Positions 17,568-25,241 of a DNA stretch of 25,376 nucleotides are shown piece by piece. A program made the translations under genes and the position numbers. The first letter of the stretch is position 1. Every line of letters begins with the position of its first letter. The stretch spans positions 1 to 25,376 of IMG/VR virus record IMGVR_UViG_3300005522_000014. The stretch is one strand, 5' to 3'. This DNA comes from a virus. Its lineage: Duplodnaviria; Caudoviricetes. The notes below the pieces were generated by a model. The model was not told where the DNA came from, made no database searches, and worked only from the letters and a program-made list of their open reading frames with translations.

Positions 17568-17980
17568 TGGAAGAAGAATTCTACGGATCCATAAAATTAG
17601 TATCTGGCGAAGAGATCTTCGGAGAGGTTATGCCGTCTGAAGAAAATGGTCGCACGGTTTTAATTATTAGTGACCCAGTAGAAATTGAGACAGTTCATAT
17701 GAACGGACAACATGAAGGATTAAGAATGATGCCTTGGTTAAGGAGCAATCCTACAGAAGGTATTATGGTTATTCCTATGGATAAAGTTATAACTGTAGTA
17801 GAAGCTAAAGAAGATTCTGAAGTAGTTTCTTATTATCAAAAGTTTATATTCTCTAATCTTAATGGTGGATCTTCTGAGAAGATTAAAGTAACTAAGAAGA
17901 TGGGATATGTAATTTCTGTTAATCAAGCTCGAGAGTACCTTGAAGGTATCTATAAACAGGATTCAAATAAAGCTGAATAG
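17567..17980 (+). CDS. Conserved phage hypothetical protein, possibly Sm-like fold
   Basis: IKLVSGEEIFGEV...PW pattern; TAATG coupling to uvsW. Fold assignment is an inference. Confidence 0.75.
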   Translation: MEEEFYGSIKLVSGEEIFGEVMPSEENGRTVLIISDPVEIETVHMNGQHEGLRMMPWLRSNPTEGIMVIPMDKVITVVEAKEDSEVVSYYQKFIFSNLNGGSSEKIKVTKKMGYVISVNQAREYLEGIYKQDSNKAE

Positions 17981-18005
17981 CATCCCTTTGAACCCCTGCA
18001 GAGTT

Positions 18006-18034
18006 ATCCTACACACAAATTGGTTACTTGTCAA
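18006..18034 (-). promoter_or_regulatory. Divergent antisense sigma70-like promoter
   Basis: Minus strand reads TTGACA (18034-18029), 17-nt spacer, TAGGAT (18011-18006). Confidence 0.5.
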
Positions 18035-18056
18035 GCGTTTAATTTAATGGTATACT
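18028..18056 (+). promoter_or_regulatory. Sigma70-like promoter for gp55
   Basis: TTGTCA (18028-18033), 17-nt spacer, TATACT (18051-18056) with extended TGn; RBS GAGGTG at 18070-18075. Confidence 0.75.
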
Positions 18057-18084
18057 ATTAACAACTAAAGAGGTGATATGAATC

Positions 18085-18573
18085 ATGCCCGCAAAAGGAA
18101 CCCGAACCAGAAAACGATCTGAACATTACGTTAATAACAAAGAGTTTTTATACGCTATTGTACAGTATAAGGCTGACGTTAAAGAAGCCGAAACTAAAGG
18201 AGATCCGAAGCCTCGTATTACCAATTATCTTGGTGAGTGTTTCGTAAAGATTGCTACGCACTTGTCGTATAAACCGAACTTTGTAAACTATATGTTTAGG
18301 GAGGACATGATATCAGATGGGATTGAAAACTGCGTTCAATACATACATAACTTCAATCCAGAGAAATCTACAAACCCTTTTGCTTACTTCACCCAGATTA
18401 TACACTACGCATTTCTTCGGAGGATCCAGAAAGAGAAGAAACAAATGGAGATCCGTGAGAAAATCATTGAGAAGTCGGGGTATGATGAGGTCATGCATGT
18501 GGATAATGATTACGGCGACTCTAGTGATTATAATTCAATAAAGGAAGCAGTTCAAACGAAGATGAATCAATGA
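18085..18573 (+). CDS. gp55: Late transcription sigma factor gp55
   Basis: HYVNNKEF, YLGECFVKIATHLSYKPNFVNY, MISDGIENC..Y..NF.P and NPFAYFTQI.YAFLRRI.KEK motifs. Confidence 0.96.
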   Translation: MPAKGTRTRKRSEHYVNNKEFLYAIVQYKADVKEAETKGDPKPRITNYLGECFVKIATHLSYKPNFVNYMFREDMISDGIENCVQYIHNFNPEKSTNPFAYFTQIIHYAFLRRIQKEKKQMEIREKIIEKSGYDEVMHVDNDYGDSSDYNSIKEAVQTKMNQ

Positions 18574-18740
18574 AGATCACCCAAAAAATTATTGATGATC
18601 TTACTGAGGCCCTTGCCCACACTAAGAAAGATGGTACTGAGAACTGGAAGGATGGTGATGATATAGATGTTTGTGTTGGTGGTACGTTTGCTGCTGATAG
18701 ATTTATTAGTCTTATTAATAGGTCTAAAGAAAAGAAATGA
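18570..18740 (+). CDS. Hypothetical 56-aa protein (not in ORF track)
   Basis: MKITQKIIDDLTEALAHTKKDGTENWKDGDDIDVCVGGTFAADRFISLINRSKEKK; ATGA overlaps with both the gp55 stop and the gp47 start. Confidence 0.8.
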   Translation: MKITQKIIDDLTEALAHTKKDGTENWKDGDDIDVCVGGTFAADRFISLINRSKEKK

Positions 18741-19780
18741 AGATTGCAATTATAACTGACACCCACTTCGGAGGACGAAGAGGTAGTAAAGTTTTTCATA
18801 ATTTCTTTCAGAAATTTTATGATGATATCTTCTTTCCTGAATTGGAGAAGAGGGATATAAAGTATTGCATACACATGGGAGATGCATTTGATAATAGAAA
18901 GAATATAGATTTCTGGTCACTTGACTGGGCAAAGGAACATGTATATGATAAGTTTAAAAATTTAGGTGTAAAAGTCTGGCAACTTGTAGGTAACCATGAT
19001 GTTTATTATAAGAATACCAATCAGATTAATTCTATTGAGTCTCTTTTATCTAACTACGATAATCTTATCCCTATATCTAAGCCTGGAGAATATGATATTA
19101 ACGGGTTCAAAGCCTTCATGCTCCCTTGGATCTGCGATGACAATTATCAAGAAACTCAATCTGCTATTGCTGCCACGAACTCTAAGATCGCTTTTGGTCA
19201 CCTAGAGTTACAAGGGTTCCAACTATATCCTGGCTGTATTCAAGAGAGAGGTATTGATAAAGGTATAATAGAAAAGTTTGAGACGGTATTCTCAGGACAT
19301 TATCACACTAGAAGTAATGATGGTCAGACATTTTACCTAGGCAATCCATACCAGATGTATTGGAATGACTGTGGTGATAAGAGAGGATTTAATATTCTTG
19401 ATACTGATACAGGAGAGATTGAGTTTGTAGAGAATCCTTATACTATGTTTGAGAAGGTGTATTATAATGATACTCCTGCTGCCACATTTAAGGCACATCT
19501 ATACAAGGATAAGATAGTAAAATTATATGTGAAGAAAAGAACAAGTCAGTTAGAGTATGATAAGTTCCTAGACAAACTTGTAAAGGCTGGTATAATAGAT
19601 TTGAAGGTTGTTGAGAATACTGAGATCAATGATCTGGAGGTGGATCTTGATGGAGAGAGTGTAGAAGATACCTTGACTCTTCTGAATAAATACATAGAAG
19701 AATCTGATTTTGAATTAAAGAAAGATCGAGTTAAAAAACTTCTTAGGGAGGTCTACTTGGAAGCGTGCGAGGTTGATTAA
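18737..19780 (+). CDS. gp47: Recombination endonuclease subunit gp47 (Mre11/SbcD-like)
   Basis: Metallophosphoesterase motifs DTHFG, GDAFD, GNHD, GHLE and SGHYH. Confidence 0.96.
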   Translation: MKIAIITDTHFGGRRGSKVFHNFFQKFYDDIFFPELEKRDIKYCIHMGDAFDNRKNIDFWSLDWAKEHVYDKFKNLGVKVWQLVGNHDVYYKNTNQINSIESLLSNYDNLIPISKPGEYDINGFKAFMLPWICDDNYQETQSAIAATNSKIAFGHLELQGFQLYPGCIQERGIDKGIIEKFETVFSGHYHTRSNDGQTFYLGNPYQMYWNDCGDKRGFNILDTDTGEIEFVENPYTMFEKVYYNDTPAATFKAHLYKDKIVKLYVKKRTSQLEYDKFLDKLVKAGIIDLKVVENTEINDLEVDLDGESVEDTLTLLNKYIEESDFELKKDRVKKLLREVYLEACEVD

Positions 19781-20058
19781 TGTACATATTGTCACTTGCT
19801 GGAAAAGAGGGTGAAGGGGCATATGCTGTCACGAATGATGATGGCCAGAAGGCTCTTTATCTTTTTCAACAGGAAGATGATGCAACAAGATACGCAGGAC
19901 TTTTAGAGGCCAATGAAGAGACTACCTTGACAGTTGTGGAGATTGATGATACACTGGCTGTAGAGACCTGTCAACGACACAAATACAAATATGTTATCAT
20001 CACACCAGATGATATTATAATCCCGCCAAAAGATTATGATAACATTCAAGACGATTAG
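19780..20058 (+). CDS. DUF3110-like hypothetical protein
   Basis: EG.Y....LYLFQQEDDATRYAGLLEA...VVEID......C resembles my recollection of cyanobacterial DUF3110; TAATG coupling to gp47. Confidence 0.7.
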   Translation: MYILSLAGKEGEGAYAVTNDDGQKALYLFQQEDDATRYAGLLEANEETTLTVVEIDDTLAVETCQRHKYKYVIITPDDIIIPPKDYDNIQDD

Positions 20059-21760
20059 ATGGCGTAACTTTCTTTCAACTGGTAATCAATTTATCATTGT
20101 TAGTTTCCAAAAGTCTCCTACAAATTTAATAGTTGGTTCTAACGGTGCTGGTAAATCTACTATTCTTGACGCTCTTACTTTTGTTTTATACAACAAGCCT
20201 TTTCGTAAGATCAAGAAGACGCAATTAGTTAATACGGTTAATGATAAAGAGTGTGAAGTACAGATAGAATTTGAAGCAAACGGTAAGATCTATACTATTG
20301 TTCGAGGTATGAAACCTACCTTGTTCCAGATCTATATTGATGGTAAGAAACAAGATCAGTTTGCGAACGCCAATGATCAACAGGCGCATCTAGAAGACAC
20401 TATATTAAGGTTAAACTATAAATCCTTCACACAGACAACTATCTTGGGTTCGGCAACGTTTGTTCCCTTTATGCAGTTGAACAATACTCATCGTAGAGAG
20501 ATTGTAGAGGATGTATTAGACATTAAAATCTTCTCAGGTATGGCAAAGATACTTAGAGAAAAGATTAATAGATCTAATACAGAGGTGAAAGAACTTACTA
20601 TCAAGAAACAATTGATAGAAGAGAAGATATTGATGCAGAAAAACTTTATTGCTGATCTGGATAAGAGTGGCAAGAAGAGAATCAAGGATATGAAGGATAA
20701 GATATCAGTTCTATTAGATGATTCATCATCTTTAATGGGTGATAATACTAAGTTTGATAATCTTATTAAGACTAAACATCAACCTGAACTGGAAACTATC
20801 TCCAATGCAACATCTTCATTACGGAAGATGAACACAATTAGGGGTAAATTAGAACAGAAGATTAAGATTATTACCGATGAACATAGGTTCTTCAAGGATA
20901 ATGTATCATGCCCTACTTGTGAACAGGATATTGAAGAAGATTTTAGGCTAAATAAAATCGGTGATATCGAAGGGAAGGTAAAGGAGATTAACTCCGCTTA
21001 CAAAGATCTTCAAAAGTCTATAAGCAAAGAACAAAAAAAAGAGGCCAGGTTTATAGATGTCTCCAAGCAGATCACTAAATTAACGAATGACATTTCAACA
21101 AACAATTTTAAAATTTCTGAGTACCAACGTCAAGTCCACGATCATGAACAGGAAGTTCAAGACATTACCGAACAAATTGCAAATAGAAATACTGAAAGAG
21201 CTGCCCTCAAGGGCTTAAAAAATGATTTAGTATCTGTAGAAAAGACTAAGGCCGATCACACTGAAGACATTGACTATCTGGAGTTTGCAAACTCTATGAT
21301 GAAGGATAGTGGTGTCAAGGCAAAGATTATAAAAAGGTATCTGCCTATAATGAATCAGAAGATAAACCACTATCTTCAGATGATGGATTTTTATATCAAT
21401 TTTACCTTTGATGAACAGTTCAACGAGAAGATCAAGTCTCCTATCCACGAGAAGTTCAGCTACGAGTCCTTCTCTGAAGGTGAAAAAATGCGAATTGATC
21501 TTGCTATTCTGTTTACTTGGAGAGATATTGCTAAACTAAAGAACTCGTCTAGTACAAATATATTGATTCTTGATGAGATCTTTGACAGTTCTTTGGATAG
21601 TAATGGTACAGAGGAGTTTACTAAGATTATTAAATATGTTATAAAGGACGCTTATGTCTTTATGATATCCCACAAGGTTGATGAATTGACGGACAGATTG
21701 GATAATTTGATTACGTTTGAGAAGATGAATGGATTTTCTAAGGTGAAATATTCACAGTAG
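20036..21760 (+). CDS. gp46: Recombination endonuclease ATPase subunit gp46 (Rad50/SbcC-like)
   Basis: NFLSTGN, Walker A GSNGAGKS, coiled coil with CPTC zinc hook, signature FSEGE, Walker B LILDE and ISH. Confidence 0.97.
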   Translation: MITFKTIRWRNFLSTGNQFIIVSFQKSPTNLIVGSNGAGKSTILDALTFVLYNKPFRKIKKTQLVNTVNDKECEVQIEFEANGKIYTIVRGMKPTLFQIYIDGKKQDQFANANDQQAHLEDTILRLNYKSFTQTTILGSATFVPFMQLNNTHRREIVEDVLDIKIFSGMAKILREKINRSNTEVKELTIKKQLIEEKILMQKNFIADLDKSGKKRIKDMKDKISVLLDDSSSLMGDNTKFDNLIKTKHQPELETISNATSSLRKMNTIRGKLEQKIKIITDEHRFFKDNVSCPTCEQDIEEDFRLNKIGDIEGKVKEINSAYKDLQKSISKEQKKEARFIDVSKQITKLTNDISTNNFKISEYQRQVHDHEQEVQDITEQIANRNTERAALKGLKNDLVSVEKTKADHTEDIDYLEFANSMMKDSGVKAKIIKRYLPIMNQKINHYLQMMDFYINFTFDEQFNEKIKSPIHEKFSYESFSEGEKMRIDLAILFTWRDIAKLKNSSSTNILILDEIFDSSLDSNGTEEFTKIIKYVIKDAYVFMISHKVDELTDRLDNLITFEKMNGFSKVKYSQ

Positions 21761-21826
21761 ACAGTTGAAGAAGCTGCACACTATCCATTGAAAGTGTCCC
21801 AATGTGTATTATTATATGTACATACA
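21758..21826 (+). promoter_or_regulatory. Sigma70-like promoter with upstream operator-like motif (copy 1)
   Basis: TAGACAGTTGAAGAAGCTGCACA, then TTGAAA (21788-21793), 16-nt spacer, TATTAT (21810-21815), TACATACA; RBS GAGGA. Confidence 0.6.
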
Positions 21827-21837
21827 CGAGGAACTAG

Positions 21838-24060
21838 ATGCTTACACAGGTCAACTACGAAGTCAAAGGTCAACTTGCTAAACTGCTTGCGACTGAAGAC
21901 CTTATTATAGAGAACCGTAGAGTACCTACAGCATCGTTTGATGTGGAGAAGAGGGTATTGACACTTCCAATGTGGGAGAAGTCTTCAGGAACCGTATACG
22001 ACCTTCTGGTGGGTCATGAGGTTGGTCATGCATTATATACTCCAGCAGATAATTGGCAGTTAGATCATCCAGAAATTCCAATGTCCTTTGTTAATGTTTT
22101 CGAGGATGTTAGAATTGAAAAGTTGATGAAACAGAAATATCCAGGCTTGAGTAAGACTTTTTATACTGGATACTCTCAACTTGCTGAACAAGATTTCTTT
22201 GAGATACAAGATAAAGATATAGAAGAATTAAATCTCGCTGATAGAATCAACCTTCACTATAAGATTGGTAGTTTTGCTGAGATTACTTTTGAAGAAGATG
22301 AGAAACAATTTGTAGATAGGGCTTTAAAGACTAAGACTTTTGAAGAGGTTCTTCAATTGGCTAAGGATCTGACTCAGTTCCTAAAGGACAAGATGGATGA
22401 TCTTCAGAAGACTCAGGTTCCTATTGGTGGTGGTGATAAGGGTGGAGATCTTGATGTACCATTTGATTCTACTGATGAGACTCCTGATCGGGAAATGGAT
22501 GGTGATGTTGACCAAGGTTTTCCCACGGATGATTATGAGGATGAGGGATTAGATTATGATACACAGAAGAGAGGTGGTGGTGGCGTACATAGTGATCTGG
22601 AGGCTGAGACTGATAAAGCACTTCAAGATAATCTAGAGAATCTTAATGATAATAAGGATAGGGGTTCTTACTATGATCCTGAGTATGTTTCATTACCTGA
22701 TTTAAATATGGATACACTAATTGTTCAGAACGTAAAGGTTCATGAGTATCTTAATGATTGGTGGAAAGAGTGTCAGGATAATTTTGATAAACACTCTCCA
22801 ACAAAGAGGGATGTATTTGAACCTGTAGATAATGACTACAGACTATTCAGAAGAACTGCACAGAAAGAAGTTAACTATCTTGTGAAAGAGTTTGAGTGTC
22901 GTAAGTCAGCAGATGCTTATGCTCGTGCTACTGTTGCCAAGACTGGTGTTATAGATTGTAATAAACTTCATACCTATAAGTATAATGAAGATCTATTCAG
23001 AAAGATTACTACTATACCTGATGGTAAGAATCATGGATTGATATTTGTTCTTGACTGGTCTGGATCTATGTCACATGTTTTACAGGACACTGTAAAGCAA
23101 CTGTTCAATTTGATATGGTTCTGTAAGAAAGTTCAGATTCCTTTTAAGGTTTATGCTTTCACTAATGAGTGGAATCATGATACTGAGTATTACTTTGATT
23201 ACGATCAGGACGGGCCTCCAGTTAAGAGGACTCCTTTACCTGTTCATCATGAACAAGCTGATGGACGTATAATAGTTGATAGTCAATTCTCAATGGTAGA
23301 GTTTCTTTCTAGTGATTGTAAGAAAGGAGATTTGGAAAATCAAATGCTTAATCTCTGGAGACTCTCTTCTTCATTGACTTCTCAAAGAAGAAACAATTGG
23401 GATTGTCAGGTTTACTACCAGTATCCTCGTAGATTATCTCTATCAGGAACACCACTTAATGAGGCATTAGTTTCATTGAATCAAATCATTCCACTGTTCC
23501 AGAAGAAATTTAATGTTCAGAAGATACAGTGTATTACTTTGACAGATGGTGAAGCACATCCTTTGAGATTTAGTAAGTGGATACCTGCTCGTTATGAGGG
23601 TGGTGAGTCTTACTTAGGTCAGAGATCAACTATGAATGGTTATTCTTATATTCGGGATAAGTCAAATGGAAAGACTTATTTTTGTAAGTCAGAATACCAT
23701 GAATTGACTGGTGCTTTATTGAATCAACTTAGAGGAAAATTCCCTAATGTTAATTTCATTGGTATAAGAGTGATGGAGAATAGGGATGCTTCCAATTTCA
23801 TTCGTAAGTATCTTAACTGGGACTTTGAAAAGGTTCAGAACATTCAATCTGGTTGGAAGAAAAACAAATCTTTATGTTTGACTGATGTTGGTTATCATGC
23901 TTACTTTGGATTGTCATCAAGTAATCTTAATAACGATACTGAGTTTGAAGTTAAAGAGGATGCTACCAAAGCACAGATTAAATCTGCCTTCACCAAGTCT
24001 CTTAGGGGTAAGAAGATGAATAAGAAAGTACTAGGTGAGTTTATGTCATACATTGCATAG
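21838..24060 (+). CDS. Zincin-like metallopeptidase motif + acidic linker + VWA domain protein (CobT-like partner of the MoxR ATPase)
   Basis: HEVGH with downstream EDVRIE; D/E/G-rich linker; MIDAS motifs DWSGS, GTPL and LTDGE. Confidence 0.85.
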   Translation: MLTQVNYEVKGQLAKLLATEDLIIENRRVPTASFDVEKRVLTLPMWEKSSGTVYDLLVGHEVGHALYTPADNWQLDHPEIPMSFVNVFEDVRIEKLMKQKYPGLSKTFYTGYSQLAEQDFFEIQDKDIEELNLADRINLHYKIGSFAEITFEEDEKQFVDRALKTKTFEEVLQLAKDLTQFLKDKMDDLQKTQVPIGGGDKGGDLDVPFDSTDETPDREMDGDVDQGFPTDDYEDEGLDYDTQKRGGGGVHSDLEAETDKALQDNLENLNDNKDRGSYYDPEYVSLPDLNMDTLIVQNVKVHEYLNDWWKECQDNFDKHSPTKRDVFEPVDNDYRLFRRTAQKEVNYLVKEFECRKSADAYARATVAKTGVIDCNKLHTYKYNEDLFRKITTIPDGKNHGLIFVLDWSGSMSHVLQDTVKQLFNLIWFCKKVQIPFKVYAFTNEWNHDTEYYFDYDQDGPPVKRTPLPVHHEQADGRIIVDSQFSMVEFLSSDCKKGDLENQMLNLWRLSSSLTSQRRNNWDCQVYYQYPRRLSLSGTPLNEALVSLNQIIPLFQKKFNVQKIQCITLTDGEAHPLRFSKWIPARYEGGESYLGQRSTMNGYSYIRDKSNGKTYFCKSEYHELTGALLNQLRGKFPNVNFIGIRVMENRDASNFIRKYLNWDFEKVQNIQSGWKKNKSLCLTDVGYHAYFGLSSSNLNNDTEFEVKEDATKAQIKSAFTKSLRGKKMNKKVLGEFMSYIA

Positions 24061-24127
24061 ACACTTTAATAAGTGTCACAAAGCCTCCTTACAGGGGGCT
24101 TTTTTTATATTATAATGTATACATACA
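24058..24127 (+). promoter_or_regulatory. Sigma70-like promoter with palindromic operator-like motif (copy 2)
   Basis: GACACTT-TAAT-AAGTGTC inverted repeat (24060-24077), CTTACA (24088-24093), 17-nt spacer, TATAAT (24111-24116), TACATACA. Confidence 0.65.
24080..24106 (+). terminator. Rho-independent terminator after the VWA gene
   Basis: AAAGCCTCC-TTACA-GGGGGCTTT followed by a T-run. Confidence 0.8.
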
Positions 24128-24140
24128 AACGAATACTACA

Positions 24141-25241
24141 ATGCCTTTTGAAGCTAAAGTGAATCCTGAATCCCTCCTCAATTCTCTTAGAGATCTATAT
24201 GGAGATAAGATTACATCTGCACATGTTAAAGCCTGGTGCGCCCAGAATGATGTAGGATATCAGACTGTAACTAAGTATCTTAAGAACTTCAAGACTGGTG
24301 TTGGTAAGTGGAACTTAACCATTGCAGAGAAACTTGAAAAGACTTACAAAGCGCCTGCCGCCTTACCTAAAGAAGAACAAAATCTTGTTCCTGATATTGA
24401 TCCTAATTTTGTAAAGTTTGGTAATTTCAACGATGTTAAAAAGATTATTTCTTCTAAGTTGTTTTACCCTACTTTCATTACAGGTCTTTCTGGCAATGGA
24501 AAAACTTTTGGAGTGGAACAAGCTTGCGCTCAATTAAAACGTGAGGTTGTTCGTGTAAACATTACTATTGAAACAGATGAAGATGATCTTATTGGCGGTT
24601 TCCGTCTTGTTGATGGCTCCACAGTCTGGCATAACGGCCCAGTCATCGAAGCCCTCCAACGAGGAGCTGTCTTGCTCCTTGACGAGATCGACCTTGCCAG
24701 TAATAAAATTCTCTGTCTCCAGTCGATACTTGAAGGAAATGGTGTATTCCTCAAAAAAATCGGAAGATTCGTTAGACCAACAAAAGGATTCAACGTCATT
24801 GCAACTGCTAACACTAAGGGTAAAGGATCCGAAGACGGGCGATTTATTGGAACTAACGTGCTCAACGAAGCCTTCCTAGAGAGATTCCCTGTAACCTTTG
24901 AACAGTCCTATCCAAATCCAAAAACAGAAGAGAAGATATTAAATCTTTTGTGTGAAGATACAGGTTTCTGTAAGAAATTAGTTGACTGGGGTGATATAAT
25001 AAGAAAGACATTCTATGATGGTGGTGTAGAAGAAGTTATTAGTACACGCCGTCTTGTCCATATCGTAAAGGCATATGCTATTTGGAAGAACAAAGAGAAG
25101 GCTATTGAAGTTTGTGTGAATCGTTTCGATGATGAAACCAAACAGGCCTTCCTTGATCTATATGACAAGGTAGATGCTGATGTAAACTTTGGAGATAATG
25201 ATGGAGAATCTGTGGAAGAACTACAAATCCCTTCTGTTTGA
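24141..25241 (+). CDS. cobS: MoxR-family AAA+ ATPase (commonly annotated CobS-like)
   Basis: Walker A GLSGNGKT, Walker B LLLDEID, ATANTKG, LNEAFLERF (Arg finger) and ISTRRL (sensor II). Confidence 0.88.
   Translation: MPFEAKVNPESLLNSLRDLYGDKITSAHVKAWCAQNDVGYQTVTKYLKNFKTGVGKWNLTIAEKLEKTYKAPAALPKEEQNLVPDIDPNFVKFGNFNDVKKIISSKLFYPTFITGLSGNGKTFGVEQACAQLKREVVRVNITIETDEDDLIGGFRLVDGSTVWHNGPVIEALQRGAVLLLDEIDLASNKILCLQSILEGNGVFLKKIGRFVRPTKGFNVIATANTKGKGSEDGRFIGTNVLNEAFLERFPVTFEQSYPNPKTEEKILNLLCEDTGFCKKLVDWGDIIRKTFYDGGVEEVISTRRLVHIVKAYAIWKNKEKAIEVCVNRFDDETKQAFLDLYDKVDADVNFGDNDGESVEELQIPSV

Noticed and set aside
18078-18122. Out-of-frame 14-aa uORF overlapping the gp55 start
   Set aside because: Its ATG is only 2 nt from the SD, whereas the gp55 ATG is 9 nt away; unlikely to initiate.
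3859-21760. Inteins, introns or homing endonucleases in gp17, gp20, gp23, uvsW or gp46
   Set aside because: All are continuous and of ordinary length, with no splicing, LAGLIDADG, HNH or GIY-YIG motifs seen.
15647-22707. Other intragenic TAAATA boxes (about 15647, 17458, 19686, 20948, 21630, 22702)
   Set aside because: Short AT-rich matches are expected by chance and have no supporting context.
24141-25241. cobS as a cobalamin-biosynthesis auxiliary gene
   Set aside because: No cobN or other cob genes lie in the window, and the context fits a generic MoxR/VWA pair. The symbol is kept only as the customary label.
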